Positions 55,873 to 64,000 of a stretch of DNA of 64,000 nucleotides are shown piece after piece. The notes beneath the pieces were generated by a model, which worked only from the letters and a program-made list of their open reading frames with translations, made no database searches and was not told the origin of the DNA. Source of the stretch: Spirochaetia bacterium. Lineage in GTDB: Bacteria > Spirochaetota > Spirochaetia > CADAEX01. The stretch lies in the NCBI GenBank assembly GCA_045606105.1, contig JAZURI010000003.1:64001-128000 (forward strand), written 5' to 3'. How positions within the stretch are numbered: the first letter of the stretch is position 1; each line of letters begins with the position of its first letter. The translations under genes were made by a program, and so were the position numbers.

Positions 55873-57885
55873 ATGGATAAAACAATGAAAAAGCTTAATG
55901 AAATTCTTATAGATCTTTTGAAAACAGATGATCGCTACTTTACAGCAGAAGGCGAACTTCTTAAAAATGCCGTTTACGAAGACGCTATGAAAATGGATTC
56001 CTCGTTGATTAAATTACTTCTCTCTGATGATACGTGTAAAAGCCGTTTCTTTACGGAAGTTGACGGCGTTTTAGTCTTTGATAAAGTCGGCTTCGGTTGG
56101 GTTATCAACAATCGTCAATTTTTACCGGATTCTTATACTCGATATAAGAATAAGATTGGGCTTACAGATGGCTCTGGCGAGTTCATTTCTACATCCAATG
56201 AAGTTGTACTCGCATTCCCATACAAAGATTGTGTTTTAGAGGGCGGTCAAACAAAAGAAGACCAAAAGAGAAGTGAGATTTTTTATAATGAAACACTTGC
56301 ACCAGACGAAGTAGATAGGCTTCTTTATCCAAAAGTATTTACAGGGGCAAAACGCTATACGAAAGACGGCGTGGAAGATAATATTACTTTCAACGAAAAT
56401 GATAATTTAATCATTAAAGGCAATAATCTGCTTGCGATTGCTTCGCTCTTAAAAAAATACGAAGGAAAAATAAAATGTATTTATATCGATATTCCATACA
56501 ATACGGGTAGTGATAGTTTTGGTTATAATGATAATTTTAATCACTCTACGTGGCTTACATTTATAAAAAATCGTTTAAGTATAGCAAAACAATTATTGAG
56601 AAATGATGGGTGCATTTTTATTCAATGTGACGATAACGAGCAGGCCTATCTAAAAGTGTTATGCGATGAAGTTTTGGGTAGAGAAAATTTTGTTAATTGT
56701 ATTGCTGTAAAAATGAGTGAAGCTACTGGCGTGAAAATGACACACGCTTCCAAAAAGTTGCCAAAACTAAAAGAATATATACTTCTATACAAAAAGAACA
56801 CACTAAGACTTGAAGACATTCGGATTCCAAAAGAAAAATGGGATTCTGAATATAAATTGGTTATAGATGGTATATCAAAGAAAGATTTACAAGAAGTAAA
56901 AAGCATTATATCTAAAGAATCAGTATCCGATGATGATATATTAACCATTGACAATATTTTAAAGAATGCAAAATTTATTTCTGTAAGTAATTTTTTTGTT
57001 AATTTTTCTTCTATGGATGCAGAATCAAAGGAAAAACTTCTATATGAAAATGCTTGGCGAATAGTCAGAGATGTTGCAACAACAGGTAGTGCCAAAAGTC
57101 TTGCTGATGAAAAAAAACTTACTTGTCAAGGCGAAGCTTTTGCGATTAAAACGCCACAGAAAAAATGTTATCTTATAAAAAAAGAGTATAGTGATACATC
57201 AAGTCAACCACGTATAAAACTTCTATTTGCGGATGAATATTTGACATGCAACCCTTGTGATTTTTGGCAAGATATTAAAACGACAGGAATCGAAAACGAA
57301 GGAGGTGTATTATTAACAAATGGTAAAAAGCCTGAAAAATTAATTAGCAGAATAATACAAATGAGTACAACTGCTGGTGATTTGGTATTAGATTTCTTTG
57401 GTGGAAGTGGAACTACAGCTGCAGTAGCAATGAAAATGCAAAGACAGTTTATCGTGTGTGAACAAATACATTCCCACATTGATTTAGAACTCGTTAGGTT
57501 AAACAATGTTTTAATGGGAGACGATACCGGTGTTTCAAAGGAGGTTAATTGGCAAGGTGGTGGCTCTTTCGTTTACTGCGAACTTGCAAAATTGAATCAA
57601 ACATTCGTTGAAGCAATACAGTCGGCAGAAGACGATGAACAACTTGCAAGCGTTTGGTCTGAAATGCGTGAAAGCGGATTTATAAGCAGTTACGTAAAAC
57701 CGAGCGATATAAACCCCGAAATTGAAGAATTTAACGCTCTTTCATTTGAAGATAAAAAGCGTTTGTTTATTGCTGTTTTGGATAAAAATATGCTTTACGT
57801 CAACTATTGCGATATTGATGATGAAAGTTATTCTATTTCCGAAGAAGACAAGGCGTTTACGCATAGTTTCTATAAGGAGTCGTAA
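55873..57885 (+). CDS. Type III restriction-modification methyltransferase (Mod)
   Basis: LIIKGNNL, IYIDIPYNTG (motif IV variant), GKKPEKL, LDFFGGSGTT (beta-class order); next to Res. Alternative start 55885. Confidence 0.93.
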   Translation: MDKTMKKLNEILIDLLKTDDRYFTAEGELLKNAVYEDAMKMDSSLIKLLLSDDTCKSRFFTEVDGVLVFDKVGFGWVINNRQFLPDSYTRYKNKIGLTDGSGEFISTSNEVVLAFPYKDCVLEGGQTKEDQKRSEIFYNETLAPDEVDRLLYPKVFTGAKRYTKDGVEDNITFNENDNLIIKGNNLLAIASLLKKYEGKIKCIYIDIPYNTGSDSFGYNDNFNHSTWLTFIKNRLSIAKQLLRNDGCIFIQCDDNEQAYLKVLCDEVLGRENFVNCIAVKMSEATGVKMTHASKKLPKLKEYILLYKKNTLRLEDIRIPKEKWDSEYKLVIDGISKKDLQEVKSIISKESVSDDDILTIDNILKNAKFISVSNFFVNFSSMDAESKEKLLYENAWRIVRDVATTGSAKSLADEKKLTCQGEAFAIKTPQKKCYLIKKEYSDTSSQPRIKLLFADEYLTCNPCDFWQDIKTTGIENEGGVLLTNGKKPEKLISRIIQMSTTAGDLVLDFFGGSGTTAAVAMKMQRQFIVCEQIHSHIDLELVRLNNVLMGDDTGVSKEVNWQGGGSFVYCELAKLNQTFVEAIQSAEDDEQLASVWSEMRESGFISSYVKPSDINPEIEEFNALSFEDKKRLFIAVLDKNMLYVNYCDIDDESYSISEEDKAFTHSFYKES

Positions 57886-57887
57886 GT

Positions 57888-60476
57888 ATGCCTTTCCTTT
57901 TTGAAACAATAGATATATTAAAAAATTACGGGGATTCATACAAAGAACTTCCAACGTATATAAAAGAAAATCTAAATCCTGCATTTGAGTTGCGCCCATA
58001 TCAAGAATCGGCGTTTTGTAATTATATTACATACTTTGAAAGTCCAAAGTTAAAGCAAAGGCCTACGCAAACGCTATTCCATATGGCAACGGGTAGCGGT
58101 AAAACGCTTATAATGGCAGGGCTTATGCTCTACCTTTACAAGCAAGGGTATCGCAATTTCCTTTTCTTTGTAAATTTAAGCAATATCGTACGTAAAACGA
58201 AAGAAAACTTCCTTGCGCAAACATCGTCTAAATATCTTTTTGCTGAAAATTTGATTATCGACGGCGAACGCATTAAGGTAAAAGAAGTTAGCAACTTTCA
58301 AAATACGGACGAAAACGCTATAAATATCTGCTTCACTACTATTCAAGGCTTGCACTCGGATATGTGTGGAGTAAAAGAAAATAGCATTTCTTTTGATGAT
58401 TTTAAGGATAAAAAAGTCGTGCTTATTTCCGATGAAGCACACCATTTAAGCGCAAGCACGAAAAAGCAAGAAAAAGGAGAACAAGAAAATAGCAAGCATT
58501 GGGAATATACAGTTGGTCGTATTTTCGGTGCTAATGTCGATAACGTTCTTTTAGAGTTTACTGCAACTTGCGACGTTAAAAACGCTGAAATTTTAGCAAA
58601 GTATGAAAACAAAATCATTTTTGATTACCCGTTAGCCAAATTTAGAGAAGATTTATATTCAAAAGAAATTAAAACTTTACGCACTGACAGTCCTGTCTTT
58701 GAAAGATCTTTGCAAGCTGTTCTTTTGAGCCAATATCGCTTGAAAGTATTCCAAGACCACAGGCTGAATGTAAAACCCGTTATCCTCTTAAAATCACACC
58801 GCATAAAAGAAAATGCGGATAATATGGCAGATTTTATCAAGAATATTTCTATGCTTACGGGTGCAAAAATACAAGAAGTTTTTGATATGATACGTGGGCA
58901 AGCCCCTGTTATGCAGGAAGCATACGATTATTTTATAAATAATGGCATTACATTTGAACAATTAGCACAAGAGATTAAAGACGATTTTTCAGCTTCGCAT
59001 TGTATTTCCGCTAACGACGATAAAGAAGTCGAAAAAAATCAGTTGCTTTTGAACTCTCTTGAAGATAAAATCAATCCGTACCGTGCAGTATTTGCCGTTG
59101 ACAAATTAAACGAAGGCTGGGACGTCCTTAATCTTTTTGATATTGTTCGTCTTTATGAAACGCGAGATGGAAAGAACGGAAAGCCCGGTGCAGGTACTAT
59201 TTCCGAGGCACAGCTTATTGGTAGAGGTGCAAGATATTGTCCTTTTAAGATTGATGATGAACAACCAAAATATCAGCGTAAATACGATAACGACGTTGAT
59301 AATCAGTTGCGAATTTGCGAAACACTCTATTATCATTGTTGGAACGAACCGAGATATATTAGTGAATTACACACTGCACTGCGAGAAGTCGGTCTTGACC
59401 TTGAAGGTATCGTTACTAAAAGATATAAATTAAAAGATTCTTTCAAAGCCGATGATTTATATCGCACGGGTTACATTTTTACAAACGAAAGGGTATTAAA
59501 AAGTCGTAATGACGTACACGAGCTTTTGCCTTCTGTAAGGGATAAAGTTTATGAGGTAGCGGTCGCAGTTGGAAAAGCCGGTGAAGATGTGGTTTTAGAA
59601 GAAGTTTCTTCCGACGTAAGCGTAAAAACTTATCAATATCTTACAACGTTTAAGGAAATTGCTTCTATAAATTATTCTACCGTAAATCGAGCGTTAAGAC
59701 AGTTTGACGTGTTTAGATTTAACACCTTAAAATCATACTTCCCGAACGTAAAATCAACTTACGATTTTGTAACGGATAGCAATTATTTAGGTGATATTAA
59801 AATCAAGATTACGTCAAAGCACAAAATACCGCCTATGAGCGTTATTTATAAGGCTTGTGTAAATGTTCTTTCTAAAATAGCGGACAAAATCTCTGCAATC
59901 GAAGAAGTGTACGAAGGCACAACAGAGTTCAAAGCTCACCGTATCAGCGAATTTATTCGAGATAAGAGTGTCAACTATACTCCTGTTTTAGGCGGTAAAG
60001 GTATGTCTCAAAACGATTCATCCGTTGGAGTCAATCGTCTCGACCTTTCGGGCGAAGATTGGTTTGCCTTCAACGATAACTTTGGAACTTCAGAAGAAAA
60101 AGCATTTGTATCGTATTTCAAGGGGTATGTCGATAAATTACGCGCCAAATATGACAAGGTCTATTTGGTACGTAATGAAAGACAGGTTCATCTCTATTCT
60201 TTTGAGGGCGGAGAGCGGTTTGAGCCGGACTATATCTTGTACTTGTGTAAAAATCACCCAGATTCGATGGAGCAATTAATTGTATTTGTTGAACCGAAAG
60301 GAACGCATCTTTTGGAAAATGACAAATGGAAAGAAGCTTTCTTGCTCGAGTTAAAAGGAAAGGCTGTTCCTGTTGTAACTTTTGCGGACGATAACGAATA
60401 CAAGATTTGGGGCTTCCATTTCTTTAATACAGAACAAAGAAGCGTAGAATTCGCAGCAGACATGGCAACACTGTAA
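57888..60476 (+). CDS. Type III restriction endonuclease (Res)
   Basis: LRPYQ, MATGSGKT, DEAHH, LNEGWDV, QLIGRGAR, C-terminal FEPDY...VEPKG nuclease. Confidence 0.94.
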   Translation: MPFLFETIDILKNYGDSYKELPTYIKENLNPAFELRPYQESAFCNYITYFESPKLKQRPTQTLFHMATGSGKTLIMAGLMLYLYKQGYRNFLFFVNLSNIVRKTKENFLAQTSSKYLFAENLIIDGERIKVKEVSNFQNTDENAINICFTTIQGLHSDMCGVKENSISFDDFKDKKVVLISDEAHHLSASTKKQEKGEQENSKHWEYTVGRIFGANVDNVLLEFTATCDVKNAEILAKYENKIIFDYPLAKFREDLYSKEIKTLRTDSPVFERSLQAVLLSQYRLKVFQDHRLNVKPVILLKSHRIKENADNMADFIKNISMLTGAKIQEVFDMIRGQAPVMQEAYDYFINNGITFEQLAQEIKDDFSASHCISANDDKEVEKNQLLLNSLEDKINPYRAVFAVDKLNEGWDVLNLFDIVRLYETRDGKNGKPGAGTISEAQLIGRGARYCPFKIDDEQPKYQRKYDNDVDNQLRICETLYYHCWNEPRYISELHTALREVGLDLEGIVTKRYKLKDSFKADDLYRTGYIFTNERVLKSRNDVHELLPSVRDKVYEVAVAVGKAGEDVVLEEVSSDVSVKTYQYLTTFKEIASINYSTVNRALRQFDVFRFNTLKSYFPNVKSTYDFVTDSNYLGDIKIKITSKHKIPPMSVIYKACVNVLSKIADKISAIEEVYEGTTEFKAHRISEFIRDKSVNYTPVLGGKGMSQNDSSVGVNRLDLSGEDWFAFNDNFGTSEEKAFVSYFKGYVDKLRAKYDKVYLVRNERQVHLYSFEGGERFEPDYILYLCKNHPDSMEQLIVFVEPKGTHLLENDKWKEAFLLELKGKAVPVVTFADDNEYKIWGFHFFNTEQRSVEFAADMATL

Positions 60477-60486
60477 GGAGGATTTT

Positions 60487-60731
60487 ATGGGCAAAGGGTG
60501 GTATGCAAGCTGATGGCACATCCAACAACATTGATGGATATGCCGAGAGAAAGTTTGAAGCATTAAAGGAGTACGGAGAAAGATCCTGATGTGCGATATA
60601 TGAAGCTGAAATTAGTTGAAAAATATCCCATCGGACAGTATCCGCTTAAAGAACTCAAAGAAAACGGTCTTACAAGCGTTCAGGGAAGGAGTAAAGCAAC
60701 CGTACATCTGATGAAGTATTTGGAGAAATAA
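60487..60731 (+). pseudogene. Degraded gene remnant ending in an EVE/PUA-like domain fragment
   Basis: Strong RBS (AAGGAGG) and ATG 60487 followed by a stop after 8 codons; last frame reads RYMKLKLVEKYPIGQYPLKELKENGLTSVQGRSKATVHLMKYLEK* (stop 60729-60731). Family call is from memory. Confidence 0.5.
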
Positions 60732-60755
60732 ACAGTTTAAGGAAAATATACGGGG

Positions 60756-61124
60756 TCATTTCCCGCTTACATATTCCACGGCAAAGATCACGGCAACGCC
60801 GGCCAGCAGGCTCAGCAGGATGTAGAGCAGGGCTGTTACCGGATGTCCGGATTTTAACAGGTCTGCCGATTCCAGGGCAAAGGTGGAGAATGTGGTGAAG
60901 CCTCCGCAAAGGCCTACCTTCAGGAACAGCAGCATCTGAGGATTTATCGAATGGTTTCTTGACAGGTATGCCGCTATTATACCGATTGCGATACAGCCGG
61001 CAATATTGATTGAGAATGTCTTGATAGGAAAAATGAAGGATTCGCTTAAAGGAATCAGGCCTATGAGGTACCTGAGCACCGCTCCTGCAAAACCTCCTGC
61101 TCCCACTGCCAGTATTTCTGTCAT
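60756..61124 (-). CDS. crcB: Fluoride efflux channel CrcB/Fluc
   Basis: GAGGFAGAVLRY, FPIKTFSIN, GLCGGFTTFSTF. Confidence 0.96.
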   Translation of the reverse strand: MTEILAVGAGGFAGAVLRYLIGLIPLSESFIFPIKTFSINIAGCIAIGIIAAYLSRNHSINPQMLLFLKVGLCGGFTTFSTFALESADLLKSGHPVTALLYILLSLLAGVAVIFAVEYVSGK

Positions 61125-61171
61125 CTCCTCTGTCCCCCCCCCGGTTACCTGCAGAATATATCATCCGGACC

Positions 61172-61191
61172 GGTTTTTACAATAGGGTGGG
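61172..61191 (+). repeat. 20-bp direct repeat, right copy
   Basis: Identical to 53916-53935. Confidence 0.9.
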
Positions 61192-61202
61192 GAAAGCCCT
61201 TT

Positions 61203-61231
61203 TTGACATTCCTTCCTGTAAGATATATACT
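61203..61231 (+). promoter_or_regulatory. Sigma-70 promoter
   Basis: TTGACA-17 nt-TATACT. Confidence 0.7.
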
Positions 61232-61256
61232 GATCTGCGATTGACAGGTACAGTTC

Positions 61257-61649
61257 ATGAACTTTATTGATTCTTTCAAGAGACTTGAAAAACTCTGCAG
61301 CGAGCTTTATGGCAATAAGCATGGCATTTCTTTCTACATAGATGAAATGAAAGGTATTGCAGACGGGGAGGAGCGTGTTTCCGGCTGGAATGCGGACCTT
61401 AAGAAGCTGAAGCACTGCCGCTGGGTCAGAAACAAGATTGTTCATGAACCGGGCTGTACCGAGGAAAACATGTGTGAACCCGGCGATTCAAAGTGGCTGC
61501 TTGCTTTTCATTCCCGTATTCTTGCACAGAATGATCCCCTGTCGATGTACCGGAAGGGAAAAAAGCAGAACAGTGGCAATGTGGTGTTGTATCTGATTCT
61601 CTGCTTTATGGGTATTGCAGCATTGTTGGTTTATACCTGTTTGTTTTAG
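61257..61649 (+). CDS. Small protein with HEPN-like Rx4H motif and C-terminal TM helix (DUF6548-like)
   Basis: FKRLEKLC...LKHCRWVRNKIVHE; tail VVLYLILCFMGIAALLVYTCLF. Confidence 0.7.
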   Translation: MNFIDSFKRLEKLCSELYGNKHGISFYIDEMKGIADGEERVSGWNADLKKLKHCRWVRNKIVHEPGCTEENMCEPGDSKWLLAFHSRILAQNDPLSMYRKGKKQNSGNVVLYLILCFMGIAALLVYTCLF

Positions 61650-61652
61650 AAT

Positions 61653-62348
61653 ATGAAATTATCCTTGCTTAAAAACTACTTTACCAAGTTTGAAATCGCC
61701 CTGTGGGTCTCTTCCGTCTCTCTCATTGTCATCTCCTTTCTGCTGTGCCGGAGCGGGGAATACATCAATCTCATTTCATCTCTGGTAGGTGTTTCCTCTC
61801 TCATGCTGTGTGCCAAGGGAAATCCTCTGGGGATGCTCATGATGATTTTTTTCAGCATTCTCTACGGTATCATTTCCTATTCCTTTGCCTATTACGGCGA
61901 GGTGATTACCTATCTGGGAATGTCTGCTCCCATGTCTGTCATTGCATACATTTCCTGGATCCGCAATTCTTATCGGGGACAGAGGTCGGAGGTTGCTGTC
62001 CGTAAGCTCAGGAAAAGGGATATCCTGATTATTGCCCTGGCTGCAGTTGTCATAACTGTTCTTTTCTATCATCTGCTGAAGCATTTCAACAATGCCAATC
62101 TGATTCCCAGCACCTTTTCGGTTACCACCAGCTTCATTGCCGCCTGTCTTACCTTTTTCCGGAGTCCCTGGTTCGCTATGGCCTATGCCCTTAACGACTG
62201 TGTCCTGATTCTTCTGTGGGTAATGGCTGCCTTTGTTGATATTTCATATCTTTCGGTTATCGTCTGCTTTGTTGTTTTCCTGGTAAACGACACCTATTCC
62301 TTCATCAACTGGCGCCGTATGGAAAAGAGACAGCAGAATCAGCTCTGA
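61653..62348 (+). CDS. pnuC: PnuC-family nicotinamide riboside/vitamin transporter
   Basis: AKGNPLG, YYGEVITY, YISWIRN, YALND, FINW. Confidence 0.85.
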   Translation: MKLSLLKNYFTKFEIALWVSSVSLIVISFLLCRSGEYINLISSLVGVSSLMLCAKGNPLGMLMMIFFSILYGIISYSFAYYGEVITYLGMSAPMSVIAYISWIRNSYRGQRSEVAVRKLRKRDILIIALAAVVITVLFYHLLKHFNNANLIPSTFSVTTSFIAACLTFFRSPWFAMAYALNDCVLILLWVMAAFVDISYLSVIVCFVVFLVNDTYSFINWRRMEKRQQNQL

Positions 62349-62932
62349 AAGAACATATTCTTTATAAAGATTTCCAGTCCTATTATTATAAGTATGATTC
62401 CACCTACGATTCCTGCCTTGCCGGTAAGTCCGGTTGCTGCTTTCCTGCCGATTGAAATTCCCCAACGGCATATTATGTAGGTTACGGCTCCAATGATTGT
62501 ACAGGCAGACAAGGCCTTGATGAAATTGTAATCAGAAATGGTAAAACCCACCGAAAGGGCATCTATGGAGGTGGCAAATCCCTGAACCAGAAGCATCCTG
62601 ATTCCAAAGGGCGGTGCAGCTTCATTCTCCTCATTCTTCCTGAATGTATCAAGTATCATCTTTGTGCCGATATATCCCAGAAGCAGAAGGGCAATCCAGG
62701 GGATGGCTCCGGCAAAAAGCTTGAATCTGCAGGCGGCGGTGCAGACACAGATCCATCCGATAAGGGGCATTGCAGTCTGGAACAATGCAAAGGTTCCTGC
62801 CGTTACAGCCATTCTTTTCCTTGGCATGTCCGGTTCCCTGAGCCCGTTTGCTACAGAAACGGAAAAGGCATCCATGGCCAGTCCCACACCGAGAAAGATA
62901 CTGTTGAAGAAAAATTGGATTCCGAAGGACAT
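62339..62932 (-). CDS. mntP: Manganese efflux pump MntP
   Basis: GLAMDAFSVS, FQTAMPLIGW, ATSIDALSVG, GGIILIIIG. Confidence 0.93.
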   Translation of the reverse strand: MSFGIQFFFNSIFLGVGLAMDAFSVSVANGLREPDMPRKRMAVTAGTFALFQTAMPLIGWICVCTAACRFKLFAGAIPWIALLLLGYIGTKMILDTFRKNEENEAAPPFGIRMLLVQGFATSIDALSVGFTISDYNFIKALSACTIIGAVTYIICRWGISIGRKAATGLTGKAGIVGGIILIIIGLEIFIKNMFFQS

Positions 62933-63058
62933 CTTATGCTCCGGTCTGGATTATTTCACACACTGATTTATAAGTCAACATCACCCTTTATTTATAAAAA
63001 ATGATAATTTTGTTTACAAATGGAGAATTTGACCTTAAATTAAAATAAAGGGGTAAGT

Positions 63059-63871
63059 ATGAAAAAGTTTTATGTTGTCTGCTTCATTGTTCTTGTTTTT
63101 CTTCTTGCCGGCTGTGCGGGAAGCCGTGAGGTCAAGGACATGAGCTTTACAGCCTCCGTAGGGGGCGAATCGGTGGATGGAACCTATTCCGGCACCGTAA
63201 AAAAGAATATTCCTAAAGGAAACGGAATCTTTGTGGCCAGAAACAGCCATGGGGACAAATTTACCTATGAGGGGGAATGGAAAAACGGCCTTTTTGACGG
63301 AGAGGGCAAGCTCTTTTCCGATGATCCGGGCTACAATATCCAGGAAGGAAACTTCAGCAAAGGGGAGTTCAATCCTACTCCGTACCAGTTTTTCAAGGCA
63401 TTGGGAACCAGAAAGGGAAATCAGTACGAAATAACACCTGCTGCAGAAAAATATCTTGAAAAGTATCCTGATGTTTTTCTCGAAAACTCAGCCCGTTCTT
63501 CAGATATCAGTGAAAAATTCAACTATAAGGCCTTCAGGTCAAATCCTAAGAAATTCGGTGATTCCCTTATCCGTGTCAGCTCCGTAAGGGTCAATCAGCT
63601 TGTTTCCGTTCCGCTGTGGGGAAAGGATCATACCTTCTGTATTGCAAGCGACATGGACGGTGAAAACAAATTTTTCATAAGTATGTTCGGAAAGACAGAG
63701 CCGCTGTCAGAAGGGGCCGTTATTTCTTTTACAGCACTTCCTATGGCATTTTTCACCTATGAAAGCACCACCGGAAAGAAGGTTGAGGCAGTTGCCTGTG
63801 CCGGTGTTTCAATAGAGCCTGAAAATATTGCGGTACAGAATCTTCTCTGGGATTTCTATGCCGAATTTTAG
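63059..63871 (+). CDS. Hypothetical lipoprotein with MORN-like repeats
   Basis: Lipobox LAG-C; YSGTVKKNIPKGNGIF, YEGEWKNGLFDGEGKL, EGNFSKG. Confidence 0.8.
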   Translation: MKKFYVVCFIVLVFLLAGCAGSREVKDMSFTASVGGESVDGTYSGTVKKNIPKGNGIFVARNSHGDKFTYEGEWKNGLFDGEGKLFSDDPGYNIQEGNFSKGEFNPTPYQFFKALGTRKGNQYEITPAAEKYLEKYPDVFLENSARSSDISEKFNYKAFRSNPKKFGDSLIRVSSVRVNQLVSVPLWGKDHTFCIASDMDGENKFFISMFGKTEPLSEGAVISFTALPMAFFTYESTTGKKVEAVACAGVSIEPENIAVQNLLWDFYAEF

Positions 63872-64000
63872 GCAAAACCGAAGGCAAATGAAATAATCAG
63901 CGGTATCGTAATTATGGAGAGCAGTGTGGTAAATGACATTATCAACACTGCCAGCTCCGAATTTTTCCTGAAAAGGGATGCAAACATCACCGTGTTGGCT
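63868..64000 (-). CDS. C-terminus of an AEC-family membrane transporter (truncated by the window end)
   Basis: Minus strand reads ANTVMFASLFRKNSELAVLIMSFTTLLSIITIPLIISFAFGFA*. Confidence 0.7.
   Translation of the reverse strand, partial: ANTVMFASLFRKNSELAVLIMSFTTLLSIITIPLIISFAFGFA

Noticed and set aside
55873-57885. Phase variation of mod by simple sequence repeats
   Set aside because: Only short A/T homopolymers expected in AT-rich DNA; no tandem repeat tract.
62981-63055. Inverted repeat CCCTTTATTT...AAATAAAGGG between mntP and the lipoprotein gene
   Set aside because: AT-rich arms with a long spacer; cannot be told apart from chance or an ordinary operator.
1-64000. CRISPR array, rRNA, prophage, transposase or integron
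   Set aside because: No regularly spaced repeats, rRNA signatures, phage genes or recombinases were seen by eye.

Overview
A 64 kb stretch of a bacterial chromosome, most likely a gut/rumen-type spirochaete. This is inferred from the flhF-fliA end, cysS-ECF sigma synteny, Treponema-like Fba and short ThrS, and a non-DAP MurE motif. Bases 1-52,700 are mostly housekeeping: murE, queD, cysS, an ECF sigma/anti-sigma module, HU-rsgA-mutS2, thrS, a complete shikimate operon, a TetR-MFP-RND-TolC set, fba, an amino-acid ABC transporter, galE, alr, three tRNAs, and perR-rubrerythrin. Bases ~52,800-64,000 are accessory: azlCD, an AAA-ATPase/nuclease plus Type III R-M island between identical 20-bp direct repeats, crcB, a HEPN-motif membrane protein, pnuC and mntP. 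The best-supported hidden element is an unannotated Phe/Tyr-rich leader peptide (17964-18047) with mutually exclusive antiterminator and terminator helices in front of the aro operon. Other notable signals: an RND pump lacking the canonical proton-relay residues, a circularly permuted substrate-binding protein, two apparent exported pseudo-enzymes beside the ECF module, an antiporter-PTS EIIA fusion, and a tRNA-Leu with A53:U61. All calls come from motif recognition by eye; no database searches were run.
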